Below are positions 13,251 to 26,249 of a stretch of 64,000 bases of DNA, piece after piece. The notes under the pieces were generated by a model. The model was not told the DNA's origin. It saw only the letters and a program-made list of their open reading frames with translations, and searched no databases. The first letter of the stretch is position 1, and every line of letters starts with the position of its first letter. The stretch lies in contig CP075492.1 of the NCBI GenBank assembly GCA_021613535.1, positions 8,556,001 through 8,620,000 of the forward strand. Direction: 5' to 3'. The stretch is from Adineta vaga. Lineage: Eukaryota > Animalia > Rotifera. The position numbers and the translations under genes are program-made.

Positions 13251-14468
13251 ATGTATAATTCTGTTTTAAAATCTTCTTCAAATATTTCTTTGGTCTCCGA
13301 TGAATCCATGTCACCTGGAATAACAAACAACAGTCTCCTACCAGTTATACGCAATGATTATAGTCTTGATAGCGTCTGTTGTACAAAACGAACGTTACAT
13401 ACATTTTCACATATGTGGATTGTAGAAAATTTTTCATCGTATTTGGAAGATCCTGAACCGATTATATGTTTATCATCATCACCATTTAGTCCCGTATCAG
13501 GCTGTAGTGTCGCTACTCAATGGCGTCTAGTTTGTTATCCTAAAGGCAATTATGGTGCATCGTCAAATTATATGTCAATTTTTCTTGAATATATTAAAGG
13601 TGAACGTGACATCAAAGCTAAAGCTGAATATTCACTTGTTAATCGTAAGTGTGAATTAACAGAAATGCGTAAAGATGCACAATTTTCAATTTATAAATGT
13701 GGAAATTCACGTGGATTTATCAATTATGTTAAATTTGATACATTAACATTAGTCGAGAATGAAACACTCGATGAAGATAAATTGAAAATCTATGTTCGAA
13801 TAACAATTATGGATGATGCCATTACAGAAGAAACAAAATATCAAGAATTTGATGATGGTGAAAATATTAATTTTACAACACGTGGTTTCGAAAGTCTTGT
13901 CAAAGATTTTACACAACTTTTAATTCAATCAACAACAAAAATGAGTGATATTACCATAAGAGTTACTGTACCATTTAATGATGATATTGATGAATCCATA
14001 GAATCACCGGTTATTTTTCATGCACATAAATTAATTCTTGCTGCTCGTTCACCTGTCTTTGCAGCCATGTTTTCTAATCGTACTTTGGAAAATACGACTA
14101 ATACAATTGATATTAATGATTTACATCCAAATACAATTCAATCAATGCTTGAATATATTTATACAGGCAAAGTAACTGATATTAAAAAATCCACAGTTGA
14201 ATTGTATCGTTGTGCTGATAAATATCAATTAGAAGATTTACGTTTACAAGCTGAAATGGCTTTAATGAATTCTTTATCCATTGATACAAGTGCAGAAATC
14301 TTATTACTTGCTGATCAACATCATTCAGAAGATTTGAAATCACGTGTTATTCAATTTATTGTCAGTGGTAATCTCAAGGCTATCACTCAAACAGATGGCT
14401 GGCATAGATATGTTGCTTGTACTCCTGATCTAGTTACTGAAGTAATCCAAGCAACAGCTATCGAATAA
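13251..14468 (+). CDS. Speckle-type POZ (MATH-BTB) Cullin-3 adaptor, intronless CDS
   Basis: MATH domain (WIVENFS...WRLVCYPKG...YMSIFL), BTB domain (HAHKLILAARSPVFAAMF...YIYTG) and BACK-like end. Confidence 0.92.
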   Translation: MYNSVLKSSSNISLVSDESMSPGITNNSLLPVIRNDYSLDSVCCTKRTLHTFSHMWIVENFSSYLEDPEPIICLSSSPFSPVSGCSVATQWRLVCYPKGNYGASSNYMSIFLEYIKGERDIKAKAEYSLVNRKCELTEMRKDAQFSIYKCGNSRGFINYVKFDTLTLVENETLDEDKLKIYVRITIMDDAITEETKYQEFDDGENINFTTRGFESLVKDFTQLLIQSTTKMSDITIRVTVPFNDDIDESIESPVIFHAHKLILAARSPVFAAMFSNRTLENTTNTIDINDLHPNTIQSMLEYIYTGKVTDIKKSTVELYRCADKYQLEDLRLQAEMALMNSLSIDTSAEILLLADQHHSEDLKSRVIQFIVSGNLKAITQTDGWHRYVACTPDLVTEVIQATAIE

Positions 14469-14788
14469 ATGATGACTCGATCAAATTTTTCTTTTCTTTT
14501 TTTTATAACAACACCTAGTCACCTGATTTTATACTCATCAAGGACAGACTATCGATGTAAAGATTTCAAGTTTTTTTTTGCTTCTTTTTTATACTATAAA
14601 TTTCTGTTTTTTTATTTTGTTTCTCCTTCAGTTTTAATTATTTGAACATATGTCGAGAGAAATGAAGCGATAAAGGACATTTTTTTTGTTTGTCATTTCT
14701 TATATTAATGATGTCCCCTGTAAGAAGGTGACTAGTACATTAATCGAACTTCACACTATCATGATTGAATAAATAAGAAAGAAGATAT

Positions 14789-17033
14789 TCAACAAGTCAG
14801 ATTGGTAACAGCTGTCGAATTTGAAGATTGTCGAGTTTTCTTGAGAAGATCTTGAGTAGGATGAGAATCAGAATCTTATTAGAATAAGAAATGATAAGAT
14901 TGAAGTAACAGATTTTTAAAAAAAGAAGTATACCTGACGTTGAAGATGGAAGTAGATCTTGTTCTTCAAGATAAGCAATTGGTGAAGTTAACAAAGAAGG
15001 TGATTGTGATGGATCTTCCATTTCTAGATCGGTATTGTCTGAATGATTTCTTATTTTTGTTGATTGATGATATTCAAGTGTATTTTTTGTTGCAGTTGTT
15101 GAATATTGTATCGTGTTAGGTTTCGTAGCCGTAATATCCATGCTAGATGTTCTAGTTATCGAAGGCGATGGCGAAGATGGCCAAGTCGTTGGAAATTTAA
15201 AGACTTGACTGGAAGATAATTGTTGTAAATGATCAGTACTATTAACAAATTGGGATGTCTTGGCATCAGGACTCGGTGTTCGATCAAGCAAATCGATAAG
15301 TGAACTGGCTTGTTCTAATTCAAAAGAAAAATGAACTCCATTGTTTTCAATGATTTTATATTCGACAAAAATAATAGACTTACCAGATTTTGGAGTCATT
15401 TTACATTGCACAAGTCGTTTTTCTAGTTCTGCTATACGATTTGCCAATATTCTTGAAAAAAAAACATTATACAAATGAAAAAAACATCTTTATGGTATTT
15501 GTTTTTGTAACATACTTATTAATCTTTCTTTGATGAACAATAGTCACATTTTTATCTTTAAGATTTTCAAATAAAGCTTCGGCAATTGCTCGTAAATCGT
15601 TCTCAATTTCTGGCGTGTTTGGAAGAATATAACTTTGGTTGATCAAACTTCGCACTAAGTTAGGTGAATACTATCAATTTAAAAACGAATTCTTTTATAA
15701 CCTTTTACCTTGTTTATAAGTCAATATACTTCCTGAAGATTGTATTTTTTCTGATTGATGTGATTGTAAAAGTTCCTAAATTAGATTTCTTTTGAAATCT
15801 AGTTTAAATCATGCAAATTACCTTATATTTTGTTGCATTAGCAATGGCAAGATCTTTCTCTCGAGTTATTTCATTCAATTTCTCTTTGAAATATCTACAA
15901 GAGAAGCAAATGAAGGATTTGTTTTCGTATGAAAAACTTCTTACTGATTTTCAGATAGAATAAGTTCAATATCAACCAATGAATTTTCATTACCACTAAA
16001 CATTTTGTTTAGTTTATTAGATTTATTTTTGAAAGAATCACGTTCAATTTCAAGTTCTTCTTTTTGGCAAACGAGTAATTTTAGATCATTTTCAAGTTGA
16101 AGAATCTATACATTCAAATAAACAAAAGAAAACAAGAATTAAATATTCACAAACTCGTTCATTTGCTTGTTCTAAACGTTCTAATAAAGTCGTTTCATTA
16201 TCATTCTCAACCTGATGATTATCATTCCAACTACAATATCTTTTTTGACGAAAAATCTACAAACAAGTCAAGAAAAGAATATCTCCAATTCAATTAAATA
16301 TAAATCTCTTCTTACCGATAAATCACCTTTAACATCATCAAGTTCACGTGTAAGTTCATCGACTTTTGTTTGTAAAACTTCTTTTTCATCTTGAACAGTT
16401 TTTAAAGCTGTTTTCAACAATAAATTGTGGACTAGATTGAGAAATAATTATTGAGTAAAAGTAATAGATACAAAAAAAAAAACAACAACTAACATTTGAT
16501 TAGTAAAAACGAAAACATGCATCTAGCATGCTTTATTAACCTGAACAAACCTCCTTTTCTTTCAATGAAATAGGATCAATCTAACTAGGTTGGATGAAGA
16601 TAATTCTTTTTTTGTTTTGTTTTATGAATCATTGAGATATACTTACATCATTCGGATGCTCATAGATAGTTTGAGTTGGATACACTGCATTTAGAGGTTC
16701 AATCTAAATGAAAGTTGTTCACATGTTACATAAAGATATGATCTGATAAGATGATTTTTTTTCTATTGAAAAATATACTACCTTCTTTGTCGTTTGTTTC
16801 TTTAGTTGTACATATTTTTCTTGTAAACTATCAGCAAGTGATTTAAATTGATTTCGTTCATATTTTAACGTATCCAGTTCATTAATTAATATGGCAAATG
16901 CTTTTGATTTACTCTCTAATCTCTTTTGTAAAACTTGTATCTAAATCGAAGGAGAGTAACATTGATTATGAGAAATTTTAATTTCATTTACTTCATTGTT
17001 CAATGAGTCAATCTGTTGTTGATTATCAGTCAT
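14789..17033 (-). CDS. CCDC149: Coiled-coil domain-containing protein 149-like
   Basis: LQKRLESKSKAFAILINELDTLKYERNQFKSLADSL and ENLKDKNVTIVHQRKINKILANRIAELEKRL match CCDC149 conserved blocks. Multi-exon; ends NLTC*. Confidence 0.8.
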
Positions 17034-17166
17034 ATCATTTATACTGAAAAATAAGAGATTGTTTTAATAACTGTTGAAAAAAAAAGAACATTACGTTAGA
17101 AAGAAATTCTTTATAGCAAGGAGAATAATATTATCACAGAAATGAAAAAAGAAATTGTTCATTTAT

Positions 17167-18573
17167 TTAAAATTCGTTCTTTGTCTTCTCTCGTTTCACT
17201 CGAATACGTTCCAAAATGAAATCCAATTTTTGTTGAACTTTTTTACATCCTGATACGGAATAAAGTAAAGTTTCTGGTGGTGCGAATTCAATTAAATCCA
17301 GTACATTATTAACAATATCATTATCAGATTTATTGTAATCGTATTCTTCACTTTCGCGAGCTAAATCAAGTTGTCGTTGAATACAAGTACGAACATGAGA
17401 ATGTTCAAGTGGAAGAAAGGGCACAAAGAATGTTACTAAATGACGATTAATTAAAGAAGCATGCCATAATCCACCTGAAAAATGAAGAAAAATATTACAA
17501 ATTTCGATACGTAAATTTGAAAATAGACCTGCTTCACTAAATGCAGCATTTGCAAGTGCTCGTTGAAATTCTGTTATATTATAATCACGTCGTTCAATAG
17601 ATGAAAAATGATTGTTTTGAGCAATAATATTAATATCTTTACCACCGGTATTACTACAGAAGATAAATATAAAATTAATTCAATAGAAAACTTTTCATTT
17701 GATACCTCAAAAAGATAAATATTGTTTTGCGAAAATCGATTGGCTGTGCGTATGTGGGTGTATGAAAATCAATGTAATATAAAATAGTTTCTAATAATTG
17801 AACAGGCATTTTATCGACTTCATCAAAAACAAAAGTTGCATGTTGACAAGCACTTGTTGCTTTTTCAATATCTTTTTTAATTCGATCCTATTTATAAAAA
17901 AGCAAAAAGTTGAATAGTTAAAAATCAATCGTAAGTAAATGATATTCATCTACTTATACCATCAACATACCTTATATTCTTGAAGATGCTCCTTTGTCAT
18001 TATGCATAAAATCACGTGATGCAACATACAATCGAGCGTAACTACTCTTATAACCTTTTCTGTACAGACTTTCAACAATATGTTTTGCAACGAAATTCTT
18101 TCCTAAGTGAAATTAAAAAAAACACAATCATATTTAAATACACGCACGTAAGTTCAACTAATCATATATTATTCATCAGAAAAACTAAGAAACAGATACA
18201 AACTATACTCTCTTAACTGTAGAACTTCCTTTCATCATATATGAGCACATCCTGAAGATTGATTGGATCATTTTCGATACACTTACCTGTGCCAGTACTT
18301 CCATGTAACGACAATACCAGTGCTTTGGATGGATTTTCAGTGTTTATATGTGAACTGATCGAATTGAGTATAAGATCATGTGCAAGTGGTTGACCCATCA
18401 AATGATCTTTTAATCGTAGATCAAGTTCTTCAGGAAAAAAAAAGAAGCAAATATATAGTGTGTCATTGCATTATTTCCTATTAAAATTCACCTGTCATAT
18501 TTTTCGGTACCCACTGTTTCGAACAACATTCCCATATACAAAATATATGAAAGAGACTAGCTAGATCTACCAT
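17167..18573 (-). CDS. Torsin-family AAA+ ATPase
   Basis: WECC...LMGQPLAH, Walker A LHGSTGTGKNF, Walker B FVFDEVDKM, IFLSNTGG, FVPFLPLE and sensor-II SGCKKV. Confidence 0.92.
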
Positions 18574-18708
18574 ACTCTGTTCTGTTTTAAATCTTAAATA
18601 AAAGACAGACAATGAATTTTTTTATAGACATATAAAAAAAATTGGGATAATTAATTAGAAACAAAACAAAAACACATGAAAGAGAATGAATATGAATAAA
18701 AATAATCA

Positions 18709-20705
18709 TTATTGAGAAGTATTGGTAAGATCATGTTCAGCATTATTAGCATCGGTAATAAATTGCATCAAACAACCCACTGCACTAAAATAACCCTAGA
18801 ACAAATAGTATGGAAGAAATAAGAATATAGAGAAGAATTCAGGTTTATTTTCATACTTCATGCTCAAGAAATATTGCTTTTATTTTACTATCAGACCAGT
18901 AATCCATAGCATAAGCCAATATCCTCATAGATAAATCATTAATACGTAAGAAACTACCACTGAATAATACACGATCGACATTCTACAAAGAAAATGAAAA
19001 TCAGTACAGTAGTGGAGTGTGAATAGATTTCTTTTTACCTCAGTACGAGCGCACATCATTGAAATCGAACCAATATTGTTGAGAACAGTAACTAAAGTTG
19101 CCCGAGCTAAATCAGCTTTTGATGCTTGTTCGCGTTTTTCGAGTAAATTCATATGACCAAAACTAAATGGAATAAAATAAAATTATAGACGAGTTTGATT
19201 TTAGTTATTGCAAGTTCACGATCAGAACGATGCAAATCATGTTTATCTTGAATCCTATACATCTGTAATATGAGAGTCTTTTATGAACTAGTTCATATCA
19301 ATACAATATTAGATTGACAACCCAAGTTATTTATGAAGTTGGAGAAGCCGTCAAGCAAAATCTGATACAACTATCGTCATGCAATGCAAGTTTGCCACGA
19401 TCGTGTTTGATCATATAGTATTCTATGCGGTAATCATTCAACTTTTCTTTTAAGAATTATAGCAATAAGCATATTTAAGATGAATAAATTTACAAGTATT
19501 CGTATTTAGCCAGCTCTTTTTCTACGTAATATAACTTGCCTATATTCAACAGGTATTTGTTTGCAAAGCTCACCATTATCACTAGAGAGATTTCAATAGG
19601 GGATAGAGCACACTTTCGAAATTCTAACATTCATTCATGTGTACAGCTGTATTCAATTTACCTGCTTGCTACAATATGACCGGGCAAACCAAATCTTTCA
19701 TAATCACCGCCATATATGTCCTTAACTAATTTATCAACCTATGAAAAGCATTAACAAAATATCTGCTGTCTAAATTTTCAATATTACCTTTGTACTATCT
19801 CCTTCCGAAGCTAGTTGAATAGCTTCATCATAAGTAGAACATCCTGTTAGTAAACAACATAGCCCTAAAAATGTACCACCACCTATGCTGCAATCCAAAA
19901 CAAAAACAACAAGTCAATATTCATCGTAAAATATTCTTTTCATTCTTACCTTGTACCAGTTATACGTCGATAACTACTTTCTGATTCAACATATAAAATA
20001 CTGATACCACTTCCAATATTAACAAGAAGAAATGGATGTTTCATATCAAATGTAAATGGATTTTTATTTGGATTCGCATCATTCTGTGGTTCTTCGTAAT
20101 AAAAACATTCATTTGAATTTAATTTACTTATATAACATAAACCTTTCATTAATGTATCAAGTTCATCACATTTACTCCAACTAATTTTTAATTTCTAAAA
20201 CAAATAACTCATTCGTTTTTGTTTCATATTCTCAAAGTAATATTTACTTCAACAATATCTTTTTCAAATTTATAAGCACCACCACCTGTGGCAAAGATTT
20301 TAAATGTTAACGTATGTAAATTTCTCGTTACACATGAGTCAATAAAATTCGTCATTTTCGATGTTGGAAAACGAATAAAATGAAGATTTCCTTGTCGACC
20401 ACCTAACTCAATTTTTTTCAATTCCAATGCATCATCACGTACACCTTCCTGTCCATAGGCACGATTCGATGTTAAGTAACGACGAATATTCATTAAAATT
20501 TCACCTTCACTTCGAATTTCATCAGCCGTTAAGTCAAGGGGTTCAAAATAGACAAGTTTAACAAGTGTTCCACCAATATCAATACCAAACCAAGGAAAAA
20601 CTAATTAAAAAAAGAAATGCATTCATATGATGCATCCGATCATCATATTCTATAATTACCTGGAAATGCTATTTCTTCACTACCTGATGTAACACTGGTT
20701 GCCAT
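18709..20705 (-). CDS. PANK: Type II pantothenate kinase (fumble/PANK)
   Basis: [52 protein letters not shown] and KHEGYFSAVG. Confidence 0.95.
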
Positions 20706-21019
20706 CTTTAATTGAGGAATTTTCGCAGATTTGGAATGTTCAATACTGCTTGACCTAAAATGAGAAAAGGTCATTAAGTTAAACATCTATCTGCCATAGA
20801 GAGTTTCGTAAAGAATTCACTATATTGTAGAACGTATCTATGAAAAATTTCAACAGTCGGACATATATCTTATATGATATATACTAGAAAAAAAGAAGTC
20901 ATTTCTCATTGGTAACCTCGATAAATATTCTCTGTGAAGCTTTCATTTCAAGATATGTCATAGAAAAGCAACGTTGATCCAATGACGGAGCATCGGCCCA
21001 TTTGTGAAATAATACCGGC

Positions 21020-21027
21020 TGACGTCA
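21020..21027. promoter_or_regulatory. Perfect CRE palindrome TGACGTCA in the putative PANK promoter
   Basis: TGACGTCA lies in a relatively GC-richer patch about 315 nt upstream of the PANK ATG. Confidence 0.3.
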
Positions 21028-21330
21028 ACGTTTTATTTCTAACGATAAGGATATTGTATGCTTTTTAAATCGACAAAAAAAGACGCATAAAAAGAAACGA
21101 ATGCCTGTTTTTAGTTTTTTTAACTTAAAAATATTCGAAATGTACCTTTTCCTGTCCATTTTAGTCCCACATGTTCCAAGTCATTCATTTATCGAACAAC
21201 ATCTGAAATAAGCGTATAGATAAAGAATATGTTTTTATAATAAATTTTTTTGTTTGTTTTTTTTTGAATATACAATATATTAAGACAAGAAAAAAAATCG
21301 TATTTCATAACTATCTGACACAATTATCTT

Positions 21331-21904
21331 TTATTCAACTACAGATCCATTATTTTCATCTTCTTCATCATTATCATTATCATTATCGTTATTTTCTGAT
21401 GATGCTTCAGGTTGATTTTGTTGTTTCTTAGCTGTTTCCTCTTTCTTTTTACGTGTTTGTTCTTGATAATCTATACAAGATGGAGATATATTTATTCAAA
21501 TTAATTTAATCGTATATTATTATCGTACCTTTCAATGCTTCTTGTAAAGGTTCAACAAGCATGTCGAATTGATTCGATTGTAAAGCTTTGAACATATCTT
21601 GAACTGTCACTGTTTTACGTTTTGCATTTGCAGCATATTGATTAGCACTAAAGATAAGAACTTAGAGGTTTGATTTGTAATAATTAAAAAATTATCTACG
21701 TCGAACTAATGTAAAGAATAAATGTTAGTGCAGCACGTGACATCGCTATTCGAGCTTCTTTGGAAATTGTTGGTGATTCTCCCAACTAAAATGAAAAAAA
21801 TAAATTAAATGAAAATCTATATAAAAAAAAATACTTACAGCTTCATTCATCAATCGAGTAATAACTGCATTAGGAAATGTTAGATCATCAACTTCATCTG
21901 ACAT
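21331..21904 (-). CDS. POLE3: DNA polymerase epsilon subunit 3 / CHRAC17 histone-fold protein
   Basis: MSDEVDDLTFPNAVITRLMNEA...ISKEARIAMSRAA...AKRKTVTVQDMFKAL followed by an acidic tail; 4 exons. Confidence 0.88.
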
Positions 21905-21987
21905 GATTATCTACAAAAAAAAGTAAGACACATTTGTCAGTACAAAAATCAATCTTGAAATTAAGATCGATATCAAAACAGAATAGA

Positions 21988-23250
21988 TTAATTAGTTTCA
22001 ATTTTATTTTTATCAACATTCAAATCTAAAAATGAATAGAATTCGAATTAGTATATGATATTGTTTTCAATTCAATAATTTACCTTCTTCTGTCTCTTTT
22101 TTGATAACCCAACCTTTACGTTCAGGAATATGTGTTTTCAATGTTTGTTTCCAATCATTCGTTATCATATACGAAAGTAGAATATCAAATACTAGATGAA
22201 ACAGATTTATAAATAGTCATTTTATATGAACTAATAGTACCTTGATTTATTGAAAGAATTTGATTGAATGTTCCACCATCAATAGAATGTTCCATGTGCG
22301 TTTCAATTGGCAATCTATAACATGTGATATTCTTATCCTGACATACTTGAAATGTCATATTCTGAAATGTATTTGAATTATTAAGATGAATTTTATTCAC
22401 CAAATAGATCTTACTTTTCGAACACTTTCATCGACAAGACCACCAATAACAAATACATTTTGTTCGGTAATTTCAGTTAATACTTTATCTCCATTTGGAC
22501 TTAAATAAATCAAACGTTCAGATGGATAATATTCATGAATTTCTTTATCGCTGAGAATGATCTATAATACGATTTTGTAATAGAATATGAGAAAGAAAAA
22601 GAATAAACTATTACTGGATAATTATCGAAACCACTATTAACACGGCGACATTCCTGTGCTAATAAACTCTCATTTGACCAATTGGTTAAAGTAAGTCGAA
22701 CGGGCTTAGTTGCTCGACGATTTGAACTATAACATCGTCCAATTTGTCGAGCAAGACTAGCGATTTCCTAGACATATCAAAAAGAATTATTGCTTTCATT
22801 AATTCATTTTTCAAGCAATCGCATGAACACTAACCTTACCCGACATAGATTGATTGTATGCACAATCAATACATATCACAGGTGCTGTTTCTTGTTGATT
22901 AATTTCTGCTAAACGTTCATTCGCAGCACGTTTGAACATTTTTCCAGTTGTTGATATCACTTGTTCAGTTAAAACTATTTCAAAGAAAAAGACTTATGAA
23001 CATGAAAAGACAAAGAGAAGAATAAAGAATAATTACTTTCCGAAGAGTCGGATGGTAGTATTATTGATGAAGGATGTTTGGAAGATGCATGAGATTTTTT
23101 CTTCTTACGTGTTTGCTTGCGTTGTTGACAAATACGTTCATAACGTAATCGTTTTTTAGCACTGCGTGGTAAACGTTTTGGTTTTGTTGATTCAACAGTA
23201 GTCGATTCGTTTTCATTGTTCAGAACAAGAGAAGTTAACTCAGATGACAT
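21988..23250 (-). CDS. TRMT10: tRNA m1G9 methyltransferase TRMT10 (B-like)
   Basis: ICIDCAYNQSM...IASLARQIGRCYSSNRR, IYLSPNG, VFVIGGLVDES, RLPI, ILSINQ and HIPERKGW. Confidence 0.88.
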
Positions 23251-24859
23251 AGTTTGACAATAAATCTAGAAAAAAAGTCATAAATATAAATATAAAATTG
23301 TATTTATTTGAAAAGCGAACAAAAGTAAAGTATTAGTATTAATAGTATTAATATTAACTAACTACTAACACCCAGACTCTTTTGGATTGGACATAGTGTG
23401 ACGAAAGTTTTTATAGAAGAGATGTCGCCCATATTAAGACACTTCTTCTTATAGATGGAGGGCACAATTGTATTAGTATTGCAGATATCGAACGAGTCAT
23501 CACTCGCAAAGTTGATAATGTTGTTTAGGTAGTATAACTTAAGTTATTTAACGAAAAACAAATTTTCTTCATTCTTTAAATAGATTAGGAATCATACAAT
23601 TGAATTGCGTCATTCATTAGTAACTTTTATCCTAGTTGAATAATAGATTGTAATAGAACAGTTTTTTAATAGGTTTTTCTACTTAAATATTCACATGATT
23701 ACGAACGAAATCTGTGCATGTCATTATTCTAGCATGAAACGGCATGAATTTCCTCATCTTACTCAACTTTTTCTCGCAACTGTGCATATTGACTATGTGG
23801 AACTATTTCTTTCTTGCTTGAATATTCGTCTATCTAGCCTTAATGTACTTCCGATTGAATATGAACAACTACTGACTGTTACAAAACACTTGAAAAGAGA
23901 TAAAATACGTATAAATTGTGCAAAAATTAAGGACATTTTTTTTCTACGATGAAATGCATCTAGTACAATCAAAAAACTGTTATCTCTATTTTCTTTCTTT
24001 CAAGAAAAATGTGTTATTTGTGCATAATTATTTGTTGAGTATATTAATTAAAGGAAAGAATAGTATTTGTTTGAAAATGATCACATTCTCTGAAGAATAT
24101 TTGATGTTTTACGTATTATTCACATGGTCTGCGAGATCAATGATTTTAATTTTCAAATAGCCGAGAGAAGAGAGAAATTGATTCGTTTGAATGTTTGTGA
24201 AGAAGTAGAATCGCATCTACTGTTATGAATATCAGGCTTATCGATTTAGAGTATGCGTGTATTATCTTATTCCTCATCCTCAAGATGGTTTACATTCTAT
24301 ATATATATATATACTATTTTATTCGAAAAATATTGATATATGCACGACAAAATACATCGAAGTTAAAATAATAATTGTTGGATGAATTGTTTCTCATTTC
24401 CTATTCAGTTGTGCGTGCGCATTTCTACTACAATGAATAATTTATATCATGGATGTTTCTGATTTCATGTCTTCTTTCTACGGATCATAACATAAAACAT
24501 ATTATGCTACAGCAGATCATTAAACTTTGAAAAGCATCTTCTTCTTTTATTGTTCAGCTTTATCTTAACGTAGGTAGAAAATATCTCGTGACAGTATATT
24601 CAACAGGATTATTTCTATGTAAAACATGCATAGTCGATCATCCACTGAACTAAACATAGTTTACATCAGACTATGTCGATAATAACATATTTTATAAATA
24701 CAAAATTCAACAAAAAAAATCACTATACATATTTTTATAGAATATAGATTACTTGATTTGTTATAAATTGATGTGTTATTGAAAATACAGTATGATTCAG
24801 ATTCTATTCATAATTGAATCACAAACACGTAGATCGATGTAATCAATTTAAGAACATGT

Positions 24860-25585
24860 TTATTTCTTCGAATTGTATGCTGCAAAATTTCCTGCACTTT
24901 TACTTGTTGATATACCCAATGCTTGTCTTAAACGAGTAAATGGTCGTGCATGTTGTTTCCGGGCTTGTTCCATATATACCATTGCTTTGAATGCTCGTAC
25001 ATCATTATCATCAACATCACATGCAAAACGTCGAGAATCTAATCGTCCTTTATCATTATTAAGCATTGTACTTGATGGAATATCATTTGCAGAACGTGCC
25101 CATGGTCGATGTATATTAGGCGGAGATAAATAATCACTATTTGATGTAAAGATTATTTGATCTTTTGTACCAAGAGGTGTTGTTAATGATAAAAACCATT
25201 TTCGTTTCTCATTATCACTCGATAAATCAGCATTCGATAGACATGAACGAGCATTTATATCTTCTTCTATAAAATTTAAATCGTCCAGAGTTTGAAGATC
25301 AGCTGTTGCTGATGTACTACGTCGAAGAGTTGTTGGTAGTGTCAATCGATCAGTTATTATAATTTCGGGAGGAGGACGTTTATCTGTTAATGGAACTGTT
25401 GATGTGGATGATGATGATGATTTGAGTGATAATTGACTAATTGTTTGTTCAAGAAAACGAATACGATCAATTAGAAGTGAGTTAAAATTAGTCAATAATT
25501 CTTCGCGAAGTCGAGCTAAACGTAATTGTGTCTCTTTGTTTACACATGAATCATTTTTACAACAATTATTTATAATATTTTCCAT
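24860..25585 (-). CDS. Hypothetical 241-aa intronless protein with N-terminal coiled-coil
   Basis: Long ORF with codon usage like neighbouring genes; no family recognised. Confidence 0.6.
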   Translation of the reverse strand: MENIINNCCKNDSCVNKETQLRLARLREELLTNFNSLLIDRIRFLEQTISQLSLKSSSSSTSTVPLTDKRPPPEIIITDRLTLPTTLRRSTSATADLQTLDDLNFIEEDINARSCLSNADLSSDNEKRKWFLSLTTPLGTKDQIIFTSNSDYLSPPNIHRPWARSANDIPSSTMLNNDKGRLDSRRFACDVDDNDVRAFKAMVYMEQARKQHARPFTRLRQALGISTSKSAGNFAAYNSKK

Positions 25586-26249
25586 TTGACGAGCCCAAAC
25601 AATAGAAATTGTTGTTCACCAATAAAATTGATTGAGCGTAGTATGACTAGATCGATTGCTGCTTCTTCATATGTGTCTAATGACAAATTTCGATAATAAA
25701 TGAGTACGAGATAAGAATAATTAAGAATGATCCGAAGTAAAACGCTATATAGTAGAAAAGATGAAGGAAAAGAGACAGAGATAGCTAATGGTTTAGATTG
25801 AATCAATCGTTATGTTAGTGTGCTTTCTCGTTTCTTGCCACTCACCGCGTATGTTTCATTGAAGTACATGGTATTTGTGTTGCTCGCTCGCAAACAAGCA
25901 TTTTCTAACGGCTGCAAATAACGTTATTCTTTTTCTTTCTCTCGATCTATTTTTCCTCTTCACATCTTTCGTCATTGAAGAAATGAAAACTCACAATAAC
26001 TCTAAATCCTGTTCTTCATCTCTCCGATCATAAAAAAGTGAAATGTATGTTGATCCGTCGGTTTCATGATTAGTGTTGACTTTTATTTCAGTAAGAAACA
26101 AAATAATGACTAAAGAATCTCTTCAACATGCATTCAGAAATTGGAGATTAGATGTAATAATGCCAAATGAATTATGTTTTTATTCTCTAATGAAAACTAT
26201 ACAGAGAGAGTGAGATACACACACATAATAAAGAAAGAGAATAGAAGTT

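Noticed and set aside
18573-18860. PANK-torsin fusion protein by alternative splicing
   Set aside because: Joining the last PANK donor (phase 0) to the 18593 acceptor gives ATT TAA immediately.
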